From Trueperaceae bacterium (GTDB lineage: Bacteria; Deinococcota; Deinococci; Deinococcales; Trueperaceae): a DNA stretch of 64,000 nt. Below the pieces are notes generated by a model that was not told where the DNA came from, did not search any database, and worked only from the letters and a program-made list of their open reading frames with translations. Below are positions 32,214-44,419 of the stretch, one piece after another. How positions within the stretch are numbered: the stretch's first letter is position 1; the number at the start of each line of letters is the position of its first letter. The stretch spans positions 416,001-480,000 of the forward strand of contig JAXHNB010000005.1 in the NCBI GenBank assembly GCA_034520945.1, in the 5' to 3' direction. A program made the position numbers and the translations under genes.

Positions 32214-32694
32214 GTTCACCCCCCTTCAGCACGGCGCGCTCCAGCACCCGCAACGCCCGCGTGTGCGGCAGCCCGCCCTTTGTAAGCGGCGTGACCAGCA
32301 CGGTCCCCAAGCCCGCGCTATGCGCCCCCAGTACGTCGGTGAACAGCTGGTCGCCCACCATCGCGACCTCGGCGGGGTCGCGTCCGAGCAGGTCCAGCCC
32401 CCGCTGGTACGCGCGGCGCCGCGGCTTGCCGGCCAACGCCAACGCGGGCACGTCCAGCGCCTCCCTCGCCGCCGCCACGCGCGCCCGCGTGCCGTTGGAG
32501 ACGATCGCCAGGGCGATCCCGGCCCGCCGCATGCCGTCCGTCCATGCCCGCACCTCTTCGGATGGGGTGGACGCGTCCGCGGCCTGCAGGGTCTCGTCCA
32601 GATCGAGGAGCAGACCGCGCAGCCCATGCGCGCCCAGGACGGCCGGGGTGAGACAGCGGACGTGTTCGACGCGGATGTCGGGGCGTAGGCGCAC
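32191..32694 (-). CDS. yqeG: YqeG-family HAD IIIA phosphatase
   Basis: LDLDETL, IVSN, GKP and MVGDQLFTDVLGA motifs; TATGCT box. Confidence 0.9.
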
Positions 32695-32781
32695 CCAGGA
32701 AGCATAGCAGTACGCCGTACGTTCGGCTGCCGAGGACCTCACGTTCGCGTTGCACGCCCGTCCCCGAGCGGCGTCATGCCT

Positions 32782-33678
32782 CTACCCTCCCTGCGTGCCC
32801 GTCGGCGTGCGGGGGGCCCCAAGCGCCTCGCGCACCAACGGAACGAACGCCTCGGGGTCGTCCAGCCAGGGGTAGTGACCGCCCTCGACCATGCCGGTGG
32901 TGGCGTGCGGGGCCCGCGCCAGACCGGCCTCCGCCTGTTCGGGGAACGAGGTGCCGTCCTGGGTGCCGAACAAGGCCACCAGGGGCGCCTGCACCTGGGC
33001 CAGGTCGTCCAGCACGGAGAGGCGCCAGACGTCTCCCGGTGCGTCGTGGCGTTGCGGGCCGAACTGCGCGACCGCGTCTGCGTGCTCCAGCCGCATGCGG
33101 CTGCTGGGGTCCGGAAACTCGAGCGCGTCCAGCAGCTGCTTTCCAGGCATCATCTCGTACGCCGTCTCGACGAGCTGGTCGGGGTCCAGCGCGTCCGGGT
33201 CCGCCAGCGCCTCTTCGCCCGGCAGCGCCTCGGCCGCCCGGCCGGCCATGCTTGCGGCACGGCGCTGCAGCGTGCGCGCCAAGAGCGGCATCGAGAACCA
33301 CGGATTGACGAGGACCAGCCGCTCGATGCGGTCTTGGTGCCGCACGGCGGCGCGGATCGCCACCAACGCACCGAACCCGTGCGCCAGCAGGGTGGCCCTC
33401 TCCAGGCGCGTGGCTCGCAGCAGGGTCGCGGCGTCGTCGGCGAGGTCGTCGAGCCCGAACGGCCCGCCGGCGTAGCTGCGGCCGCCGCCCCGCTGGTCGG
33501 CGTACAACATCCGGAAGTCCTCGAGCTCGTCGCCCATCAGGTCCCGGAAGCTGAACGACCCGTAGCCCGGACCGCCGTGAAGGTACAACACCACCGGCGC
33601 CTCCTGCGGCCCGGCCTGTTCGACGTAGAGGTCCGCGTCGCGGTCCTGAACCGTGATGGGCGCGTCGACCCAGCTCAC
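32782..33678 (-). CDS. Proline-iminopeptidase-related alpha/beta hydrolase fold protein lacking the catalytic Ser
   Basis: LHGGPG, DQRGGG and GHYPW present; nucleophile elbow reads AHGFG instead of GHSxG. Confidence 0.85.
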   Translation of the reverse strand: MSWVDAPITVQDRDADLYVEQAGPQEAPVVLYLHGGPGYGSFSFRDLMGDELEDFRMLYADQRGGGRSYAGGPFGLDDLADDAATLLRATRLERATLLAHGFGALVAIRAAVRHQDRIERLVLVNPWFSMPLLARTLQRRAASMAGRAAEALPGEEALADPDALDPDQLVETAYEMMPGKQLLDALEFPDPSSRMRLEHADAVAQFGPQRHDAPGDVWRLSVLDDLAQVQAPLVALFGTQDGTSFPEQAEAGLARAPHATTGMVEGGHYPWLDDPEAFVPLVREALGAPRTPTGTQGG

Positions 33679-33920
33679 CCGCGCGCCTCCCCGTTCGCCG
33701 CCGGTGCGTCCTCGAAGCGCCAGCGGCGGCAGTCTCGCAAGGTGTCCTCGTCGGCGGCGATGTCGCCCTCGATGAGCAACAGGTGCAGCGAGGCCTCCTC
33801 GCGGCTTCGCAGCAGGCGCGCGGGCACGCCGCGTTCCCGCAACCGCCGGCGCAGGGCCGCCAGGTGCGCGTGCGCGCCTGGCCCATTGCACTCGATGAAC
33901 GTAACCCCGTGGTGTTCCAT
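33675..33920 (-). CDS. Small hypothetical protein (81 aa)
   Basis: TATGCT 6 nt before the ATG; GTGA overlap with the downstream hydrolase gene. Confidence 0.7.
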   Translation of the reverse strand: MEHHGVTFIECNGPGAHAHLAALRRRLRERGVPARLLRSREEASLHLLLIEGDIAADEDTLRDCRRWRFEDAPAANGEARG

Positions 33921-34016
33921 GCCCCGAGCATAGGAGCGTCCGCTGGCGCGCGTGGTAGCGTGAGGACGTGGGGGCGGCCCGGCGCCGCTTCCCGGCCCGG
34001 ACACGAGGAGGCGGAG

Positions 34017-34502
34017 ATGGACGAGTCCAGACGCGACCCGACCACCCCAGGTCCCCGCGAGCCCGAGCGGCGCGGGGCGTCCCGGCGCTCCCCGCACGGC
34101 CGGCCGCGCCGGCCCCGCCGGCGCACGCTCGGCGACCTGCGTCCGCTGGTGCGGGAAGGGCGGTACCGCATCGCCCGGCACGCCGCGCAGCACGCCGCGA
34201 CGGAGGGATTCACCGAACACGACATCGTCGCCACCGTCCTGCACGGCCGCGAAATGGTGCGCTACCTGGAGGACGAGCGTCTGCTGGTGCTCGGCTGGCT
34301 TCCCATCAGCGCCGACGTGAAGCTGCCGTTGCACGTGGTGTTGGAGTTCGCGCGGCCCCGTGCCGTGGACGTGGTGACGGCGTTCATCCCCGAAGAGCCG
34401 CACCGGGTACCTTCGCGGACGCGCCTGGCGGAGGTGCTTCGCTGGGACGCGCACGAGCCCCGCGCCGAACGCGAGGGAAAGGCTCACAAGGGGAGGCGGT
34501 AG
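34017..34502 (+). CDS. DUF4258-like protein
   Basis: YRIARHA..., G..V..Y.ED.R.LVLG, LHVV and VVTAFIP pattern; GAGGAGG SD. Confidence 0.75.
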   Translation: MDESRRDPTTPGPREPERRGASRRSPHGRPRRPRRRTLGDLRPLVREGRYRIARHAAQHAATEGFTEHDIVATVLHGREMVRYLEDERLLVLGWLPISADVKLPLHVVLEFARPRAVDVVTAFIPEEPHRVPSRTRLAEVLRWDAHEPRAEREGKAHKGRR

Positions 34503-35245
34503 AAGCGGATCGCATTGTCGTCCAGCAGGGACGCCAGGGCGTCCGGGTCCTCGCCGCGCGCCTCGGCCAGGGCGCGGGCGGTGTACGCCACCCAGGCCGG
34601 GACGTTGCGGCGGCCGCGCTTCGGCTCCGGCGCCAGGAACGGCGCATCGGTCTCGACCAGCAGCCGCTCGCGCGGCACCTCCCGCGCCCGCTCACGCAGG
34701 TCGGCGGCGTTCTTGAACGTCAGGTTGCCGGCGAAGGACACCATCCAGCCCAGATCCAGCGCCGTGGCCATCAGCGCCGGGTCCCCCCCGAAGCAGTGCA
34801 GCACGCCGCGGGGGTGGCCCGCGTCGCGGATCGCCGCCTCCGCGGCCCGCGAGGCGTCGTCGGCACCTTGGGGGTCGCGGACGTGCAGGATCAGCGGCTT
34901 GTCGGACCGTCCCGCCAGCGCCGCGTGCCAGTCGAACGCCCGTCGCTGCACGTCCAGCGTGGTGTCCTGCCAGTGCGCGTCGAAGCCGGTCTCGCCGATG
35001 GCGACGACGCGTGGCTGCGACGACAGCGCCTCGATGCGTGCGCGCACGTCGGCGTCGTCGGCGAGGGGGGCGTCGTTGGGGTGGACGCCGACGGCTGCGA
35101 ACACGCGCGGGTGATCACGGGCGGTTTGGAGGGCCCCTTCGCTCCGTTCCGCGTCGGTGCCGATGGTGACCATGGCTCGGAGGTCGTTGTCCATCGCCGC
35201 CTCGGGGTCTGGTACGCGGTCGAGATGGCAATGCGTGTCGATCAT
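34484..35245 (-). CDS. tatD: TatD-family nuclease
   Basis: IDTHCH, GVHP, IGETG, LHVR, LHCF and ETDAPFL motifs. Confidence 0.95.
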   Translation of the reverse strand: MIDTHCHLDRVPDPEAAMDNDLRAMVTIGTDAERSEGALQTARDHPRVFAAVGVHPNDAPLADDADVRARIEALSSQPRVVAIGETGFDAHWQDTTLDVQRRAFDWHAALAGRSDKPLILHVRDPQGADDASRAAEAAIRDAGHPRGVLHCFGGDPALMATALDLGWMVSFAGNLTFKNAADLRERAREVPRERLLVETDAPFLAPEPKRGRRNVPAWVAYTARALAEARGEDPDALASLLDDNAIRFYRLPL

Positions 35246-35341
35246 CGTGCTAGGGTACGTTCTCTCGGGTGAGAGTTCTGTAAGAAGGGGGAACGTACGT
35301 TGTCCTCTGCGGCGCGTCCGCAGATCGCGAGGCCCACGTTG

Positions 35342-35518
35342 ATGGCAATGCAGTCCACACGTCACGAACCCGACCACGTCCAGCGGATGAGCACCGAGGA
35401 GCTCGCGAACACCATCGCGCGCTGCGAAGATGCCATCGCCGACGGCACGGCCGAGATCGAGGACTACGAGGCCTTCGTCCTGTGCCAGAAGGAGCTCGCG
35501 CGCCGTACCTGGGCCTGA
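35342..35518 (+). CDS. Small acidic helical hypothetical protein (about 58 aa)
   Basis: Strong G/C bias at third codon positions; fills the gap between tatD and rlpA. Confidence 0.7.
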   Translation: MAMQSTRHEPDHVQRMSTEELANTIARCEDAIADGTAEIEDYEAFVLCQKELARRTWA

Positions 35519-35593
35519 GCGGCACGCGCGTCGCGGGCTTGGTGCAAGCGTGCGGGTGGCGCGGGCCGCCGGCGTCCGAGTATGGTGACGTTC

Positions 35594-36403
35594 ATGGCGT
35601 CCTACGTTCGTCCTCCCGTGGCCGGTTCGAATGCGCACGGCCTCGATGATCGATCCGCGGGGCCCGCCCCAGGGCGTCCCTTCGGCCGTCGCCCCCTCTT
35701 CTTCGTGGGGATGGCCGTGTTAGCCGCCGCCCTGGCGCTGAGCGCGTGCGCGCCCGCCTCGCGCACCGCCGCAGGTCCGCAGCCGCCCGCCTCCCCGGAC
35801 ACGGAGGTGGCCGCCACGCCCGAACCGACGGCCGCCACGCCCGAATCCGCGGCCGCCCCGACCCTGGCCCACGACTGGGTGGAGGAGGGGCAGGCGTCGT
35901 GGTACGGCCCGAACTTCGTGGGGCGGCCGACCGCCAACGGCGAGACGTTCGATCCACAGCGGCTGACCGCCGCGCACCCCAGCCTGCCGTTCGACACCCG
36001 CGTGCGGGTGACCCACCTCGCGACCGACCGGTCGGTGGTGGTGCGCATCAACGATCGTGGACCGTTCAAGCCGGGCCGCGTGATCGACCTGTCGCGTGCC
36101 GCGGCCGAGGCGATCGGCCTGATCTCCTCCGGCGTGGCCGCCGTCCGGATCGAGCCGGCCGAGGCGTCGGGCGGTCCGCGCACCGTCCGGGTCGACCCGC
36201 GCCTGGGCGGCTACGACGTGATCGTGCCCGGTCTCGATCCCGGGTCGTTGGTGGTGCTGCGCAACGAGGCGGGCGCCTCCGTGCTGGTGCGGGCGGTGCC
36301 TCTTACGCCGCAGACGGGCGCCGAGGGGGGCGGCGAGGCGGTGTTCGCCTCCTCGGGCCTGGCGTCGCGGCTGGGCGACGCCGCCACCGTGATGGCGGAC
36401 TGA
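35594..36403 (+). CDS. rlpA: RlpA-family septal ring lytic transglycosylase lipoprotein
   Basis: Lipobox LSAC; GQASWYG, TANGE, TAAH..LPF, RINDRGP and IDLS motifs. Confidence 0.92.
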   Translation: MASYVRPPVAGSNAHGLDDRSAGPAPGRPFGRRPLFFVGMAVLAAALALSACAPASRTAAGPQPPASPDTEVAATPEPTAATPESAAAPTLAHDWVEEGQASWYGPNFVGRPTANGETFDPQRLTAAHPSLPFDTRVRVTHLATDRSVVVRINDRGPFKPGRVIDLSRAAAEAIGLISSGVAAVRIEPAEASGGPRTVRVDPRLGGYDVIVPGLDPGSLVVLRNEAGASVLVRAVPLTPQTGAEGGGEAVFASSGLASRLGDAATVMAD

Positions 36404-36411
36404 CGCGCGGC

Positions 36412-37190
36412 TCAGCGCTGGCAGGCCGCGCGGATCTCGGCGGCCAGCGCGCCGGCGTCACCTCCGTCCTGGATGGCGCGGATCAGGGCGCTGCCGACGA
36501 CCACGCCGTCGGCGAAGGCGGCTACTTGGCGCGCCGTCGCGCCGCTGGACACCCCGAAGCCGACCGCGACCGGAAGGTCGCTGGCCTGCCGCACGCGCGA
36601 CACCAGGTCCGCGACCTCGGCGCCCACCTGGTCGCGCGCGCCGGTGACGCCGGTGACGGAGACCGCGTACACGAATCCGCGGCAGGCCTCCGTGACGCGC
36701 GCGATCCGCGCCTGCGTGGAGGTCGGCGCGACCAGAAACACCGTGTCCAGGTCGTGCGCGCGGGCTTCGGGGATCAGCGTCTCGGCCTCGTCGGGCGGAA
36801 GGTCGGGCAGGATCAGCCCGTCGGCGCCGGCCGCCGCCAAGTCCCGCACGAACCCGCGTTCGCCGCCACCTTGGTAGCAGTAGATCGGGTTGTAGTAGCT
36901 CATCAGCACCAGCGGGGCGTCCGACTCGGCGCGCAGCGTCTCGATCCAAGAGAACACCTCCCGGGGGGTGGTGCCGTCCCGGAGCGCCGTCTCGCCGGCC
37001 TGCTGGATGGTGGGGCCGTCCCCCAACGGGTCGGAGTAGGGCAGGCCCACCTCGAGCACGTCGGCGTGACGCAGCAGCGTACGGGCGTGGTCCAGGTATT
37101 CGCGTCGGCTCGGGAAGCCGGCCGTGAGGTAGGGCACGAAGGCGGCGCGGTTCTCGGCGCGGGCGCGGGCGAAGGCGGAGGCGATGCGGC

Positions 37191-37194
<4 letters not shown>
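36412..37194 (-). CDS. trpA: Tryptophan synthase alpha chain
   Basis: [34 protein letters not shown] and GFGVS motifs. Confidence 0.97.
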
Positions 37195-38411
<1,217 letters not shown>

Positions 38412-38507
38412 GGGGCCTCCTCGGGACCGGCGGCCGGACGCGCGGATAGGCGCGGGCCGCGGCGAAGGCGGTTCGGGGTCAGAAGCAGGAATGCGGGCCG
38501 TGCCGGC

Positions 38508-38585
38508 CTAGGCGTGGCCACGCCGCCAACGCTGGTGGCGCCGCTTGAAGGCGCGGGGCGTGCGGACGCGCGGGCGGGGCCTCAT
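38508..38585 (-). CDS. Putative trpBA leader peptide, 25 aa (MRPRPRVRTPRAFKRRHQRWRRGHA)
   Basis: TAGACT 7 nt before the ATG; one TGG codon near the 3' end; lies in the gap upstream of trpB. Confidence 0.6.
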   Translation of the reverse strand: MRPRPRVRTPRAFKRRHQRWRRGHA

Positions 38586-38595
38586 GCCGGGGAGT

Positions 38596-39585
38596 CTACC
38601 GGGGCGTCCCGCCGCTGTCCAGGCGCCGCTCCGCACGGATCCAGGCCAGCGCGTCGGCGTCCAGGCGCGCGGGGTGGCGGGCCAGGCGCGTCACGTCGAA
38701 CGCGGCCACCAGCTCCCGCGCCGTCGCCTCGCGCGGCGCGTCCAGCAGGCCGAGGCCGTACGCCAGCCAGCCGACCACCCGCGCCGGCCGCACCCCCTCG
38801 TCGCGCAGCGCGCGCAGGGTCAGGTCGCCCCGTCGCTTGGCGAGGCGCTGCCCGCCGGCGTCCAGCAACAGCGGCAGGTGCAGGAAGCCGGGCGGCGCCA
38901 GGCCCAGGGCGTGGTACAGCGCGACCTGTCCGGCGGTGGCGTCCAGGAGGTCGTCGGCCCGCACCACCTCGCGGACGTTCATGGCGGCGTCGTCGACCAC
39001 CACCGCCAGCTGATAGGCCCAGGCGCCGTCGGCGCGGCGGAGCACCAGGTCCCCCGCGTCGCGGGCCACGTCCGCGCGCACCTCGCCCCGCAGGCCGTCG
39101 TGGAACGTCACCGGGCCGGGGGGGAGTCGCACGCGCGTGGCGGGCGTCTTGCCCTCGCGCTGCTTGCGGGCGGCCACACGGTCGTTCGCGACGCGTTGCT
39201 CGGGACCGTAGACCGGCGCGCGCCCGTGCGGGGCCGACGCCATCTCGCGCAGGTCCTTGCGGGACAGCCAACAGTCGAAGGTCAGGCCCTGCGCGCTCAG
39301 GGTGCTCAGGGCGCGCGCGTACGCCTCCCCCCGCTGCGACTGCTCGTAGGGGGCGTGCGGCCCGCCGACGTCCGGCCCCTCGTCCCAGTCGATGCCCAGC
39401 CAGCGCAGCTCCTCCAGGTTGCCCGTCACCGCTTCTTGTACGGTGCGCGGCCCGTCGAGGTCCTCCACCCGCATCACGAACGAGGCCCCGGCGGCGCGCG
39501 CCCGCCACCAGGCGGCCAGGGCCGTTCGGGCGTTGCCGAGGTGCAGCCAGCCGGTCGGAGAGGGGGCGTAGCGGCCGCGCGGCAT
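38596..39585 (-). CDS. gluQ: tRNA glutamyl-Q(34) synthetase
   Basis: GRYAPSPTG.LHLGN, RVEDLD, YQLAVVVDD and RLAKR motifs; no anticodon-binding domain. Confidence 0.92.
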   Translation of the reverse strand: MPRGRYAPSPTGWLHLGNARTALAAWWRARAAGASFVMRVEDLDGPRTVQEAVTGNLEELRWLGIDWDEGPDVGGPHAPYEQSQRGEAYARALSTLSAQGLTFDCWLSRKDLREMASAPHGRAPVYGPEQRVANDRVAARKQREGKTPATRVRLPPGPVTFHDGLRGEVRADVARDAGDLVLRRADGAWAYQLAVVVDDAAMNVREVVRADDLLDATAGQVALYHALGLAPPGFLHLPLLLDAGGQRLAKRRGDLTLRALRDEGVRPARVVGWLAYGLGLLDAPREATARELVAAFDVTRLARHPARLDADALAWIRAERRLDSGGTPR

Positions 39586-40176
39586 TCAGCCCGCCCGGAC
39601 CTCGATGCGGCCGTCCGCTTCGTGCAACGCCTCCACGACCGCCAGCGCCAGCACCGGCACGCCGAGGTCGGCCAGGCGGGCACGGCCGTCCTCGAACGAC
39701 TTCTCGATCACCGCGCCAATGCCGACCAGCTGTGCGTCCGCGGCCATGATCAGCTCGACCAGCGCGCCGATGGTGTGCCCCCGGGCGAGGAAATCGTCGA
39801 TGATCAGCACCCGCGCGCCGTGCGGAAGCAGTTCGGGCGACACGATCAGCGGCGTGGTGCCCCCCTTGGTGCGGCTGGGCGCGCGGGCCTCCAGCACCGG
39901 GCCCGGTAGGGTCGCCGGGCGCGTCTTGCGGGCGTACACCACCGGCACGTCCAGCGCGACGGCGGTCGCGAAGGCGGGCCCGATCCCGGAGGTCTCGGCG
40001 GTGAGCACCACGCCTGGGCGCGTTGCGCCGGCCGCCGCGAAGCGGGCCTGGAAGGCGCGTCCCATCGCCAGCGTCAGGGCCGGCTCCAGGCGGTGGTTCA
40101 AGAAGCCGTCGACCTTCAGCAGGCCGCCGGGAAGGACGCGTCCCTCCCGGCGGATGCGGCGCACCAGCTCGTCCAC
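39586..40176 (-). CDS. xpt: Xanthine phosphoribosyltransferase
   Basis: LKVDGFLNH, AETSGI, YARK, IIDDFLA.G and IEKSF motifs. Confidence 0.92.
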   Translation of the reverse strand: MDELVRRIRREGRVLPGGLLKVDGFLNHRLEPALTLAMGRAFQARFAAAGATRPGVVLTAETSGIGPAFATAVALDVPVVYARKTRPATLPGPVLEARAPSRTKGGTTPLIVSPELLPHGARVLIIDDFLARGHTIGALVELIMAADAQLVGIGAVIEKSFEDGRARLADLGVPVLALAVVEALHEADGRIEVRAG

Positions 40177-40178
40177 GT

Positions 40179-42337
<2,159 letters not shown>

Positions 42338-42471
42338 CGTGAACCTCCCGGGCCGACGTTCGACCGCCTGAGGGTACCCCGGAGAACGGCACTGGGCAAT
42401 GCGCGTCGGAGGGGACGCCATCCATGCGGTGCGGTACGCCCTGCGTAGGCGGCCAGCGGTAGAGTCGCCGC

Positions 42472-42972
42472 ATGTATCGGACTGCGATCCTCACCGTCAG
42501 CGACAAGGGGGCGTCCGGCCAACGCGAGGACCGCTCGGTACAGGCGCTCCGCGACGTGCTGGCAGGTGGGCCGTTCGTCGAAGTGGACTACGAGCTCGTA
42601 CCAGACGAGCAGGCTCGCATACGCGCCAAGCTGCGGCTGTGGTCCGACGCCGACGACGTCGACCTGGTGCTCACCTGCGGAGGGACCGGCCTGTCGCTAC
42701 GCGATCGCACCCCCGAGGCGACGCGCGAAGTGATCGAGCGCGACGTCCCCGGGCTGCCGGAGTTGATGCGCTCCGTGGGCGCGCGATCGAACCCACTGGC
42801 CGTGCTGTCTCGGGGCCTGGTGGGCGTGCGGCGGGGGACGCTCATCGTGAACCTTCCCGGGAGCCCGCCGGGGGCGTCCGAGGCGCTCGGTGCGGCGCTA
42901 CCGGTGCTTCCGCACGCGTTGGACGTGCTGAAGGGCGAGGGCCACGCCGACCCCGGCGCCTGGCACGAGTGA
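42472..42972 (+). CDS. mog: MogA/MoaB molybdopterin adenylyltransferase
   Basis: TVSD, REDRS, GGTG...RD.TPEA, SRG and NLPGSP motifs. Confidence 0.9.
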   Translation: MYRTAILTVSDKGASGQREDRSVQALRDVLAGGPFVEVDYELVPDEQARIRAKLRLWSDADDVDLVLTCGGTGLSLRDRTPEATREVIERDVPGLPELMRSVGARSNPLAVLSRGLVGVRRGTLIVNLPGSPPGASEALGAALPVLPHALDVLKGEGHADPGAWHE

Positions 42973-42984
42973 GTCGGGACGGAC

Positions 42985-43464
42985 ATGATCTGGCTGGCGC
43001 TCACCGTGTTCGGTCTGTCGCTCGTGATCGCCCTGGCGGGCGTGATCGTGCCGTTGCTGCCGGGCGTGCCGCTGGCCGCGGCCGGCGCGATCCTGGCCGC
43101 CTGGATCCGCGGCTTCGAGGGGGTCGGTTGGACCCCCCTGGCGTGGGTGGTGGTGCTGGCGATCGTGGCGCAGCTGCTGGACATTGCGGCCGGTGCGTTC
43201 GGCGCGCGGGTGTACGGCGCGGGTCGGGCCGGCTTCTGGGGCGGGGTGATCGGCTCGCTTCTGGGGTTGCTATGGTTTCCGCCGTTCGGATTCCTGTTGG
43301 GGGCCCTGGTCGGGGCGGTGGGGGCCGAGCTGGCGACCGGGCGCCCGGCGCCGGAGGCATTCCGGGCCGGCATCGGCGCGTTCGCCGGCAGCGTCGGCGG
43401 CGTGGTCGCCAAGTTCCTGATCACGATCGCCATGGCGGTCGTGATGATCCCCGCGCTGCTGTGA
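42985..43464 (+). CDS. DUF456 family membrane protein
   Basis: G.IVPLLPG, GA.VYGA and G..GA..GA..AEL pattern. Confidence 0.85.
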   Translation: MIWLALTVFGLSLVIALAGVIVPLLPGVPLAAAGAILAAWIRGFEGVGWTPLAWVVVLAIVAQLLDIAAGAFGARVYGAGRAGFWGGVIGSLLGLLWFPPFGFLLGALVGAVGAELATGRPAPEAFRAGIGAFAGSVGGVVAKFLITIAMAVVMIPALL

Positions 43465-43501
43465 ACGTTGCTAGCATGCGGGTTCTGAAAGCGAGGTGCG
43501 A

Positions 43502-44419
43502 ATGGACCCGATCCTGATCTCGATCGGCCCCCTGGCGATTCGGTGGTACGGCCTGCTGATCGCCCTCGGCGTGGTGGCCGGGTCGATATGGGCGCTGCGC
43601 GAGGCGCGCAGGCGCGAAATGAACACCGAGGCGCTATTGGACATGGCGCCGTGGCTGATGATCGCCGGGATCCTCGGCGCGCGGGCGGTCTTCGTGGCGA
43701 CCAGCCCGGGCCCGTTCTTCGGTCCCGGCGGCAACCCCTGGAGCGCCTTGGCGATCTGGCAGGGCGGCCTCAGCATTCACGGCGCCATCCTCGGCGTGAT
43801 GCTGGCGGTATTGCTGCTGGCGCGCCGGCGCGGCATGCGGCCGTGGGCGGTGATGGACGTGCTCACGCCGCTGGGCGCGTTCGGCATCATCGGTGGGCGC
43901 ATCGGCAACGTCATGAACGGCACCGACACCGGCGGGCGCCTGACCGAGCTGGGGATCGGCGTGACCTGGCCCGAACCCGGCACCGAGACGTTGGGGGCGT
44001 TCGGGCGGGTGGTGTTCGGCCCCGAGCTGTGGCAGTACGGCCCCCCGGCGTGCCAGACGGTGCCCGCCGGCGAGGCGTGCGTGGTGCACCTCACGCCGAT
44101 CTACGGCGCCGTGGTCGGCGTGCTGCTGATCCCGATCCTGGCGTGGGCGTTCCGGCGCAGCACCGCGCCCGGCTTCGTGTTCGCGCATCTCGCGGTGTGG
44201 TACTCGCTGCTTCGCAGCGTGTTGGAGGAGCCGTTCCGGGACAACCCGCTGGCGTGGCCCGTCTTCGAACACGCCACCGCGGGGATCGGCCTGTTCACCC
44301 TCACCCAACTGGTGTCCATCCCGATCGTGCTGATCGCGGTGTACGCGCTGTTCACCCTCGATCCCGATCGCGACGACCGCAAGGGCCGGCTGGCGCGACG
44401 GGCGGCCAACCGGCGGTGA
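43502..44419 (+). CDS. lgt: Prolipoprotein diacylglyceryl transferase
   Basis: IRWYG, GAR, WQGGLSIHG, GRIGN..N and H.TPIY motifs. Confidence 0.95.
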   Translation: MDPILISIGPLAIRWYGLLIALGVVAGSIWALREARRREMNTEALLDMAPWLMIAGILGARAVFVATSPGPFFGPGGNPWSALAIWQGGLSIHGAILGVMLAVLLLARRRGMRPWAVMDVLTPLGAFGIIGGRIGNVMNGTDTGGRLTELGIGVTWPEPGTETLGAFGRVVFGPELWQYGPPACQTVPAGEACVVHLTPIYGAVVGVLLIPILAWAFRRSTAPGFVFAHLAVWYSLLRSVLEEPFRDNPLAWPVFEHATAGIGLFTLTQLVSIPIVLIAVYALFTLDPDRDDRKGRLARRAANRR

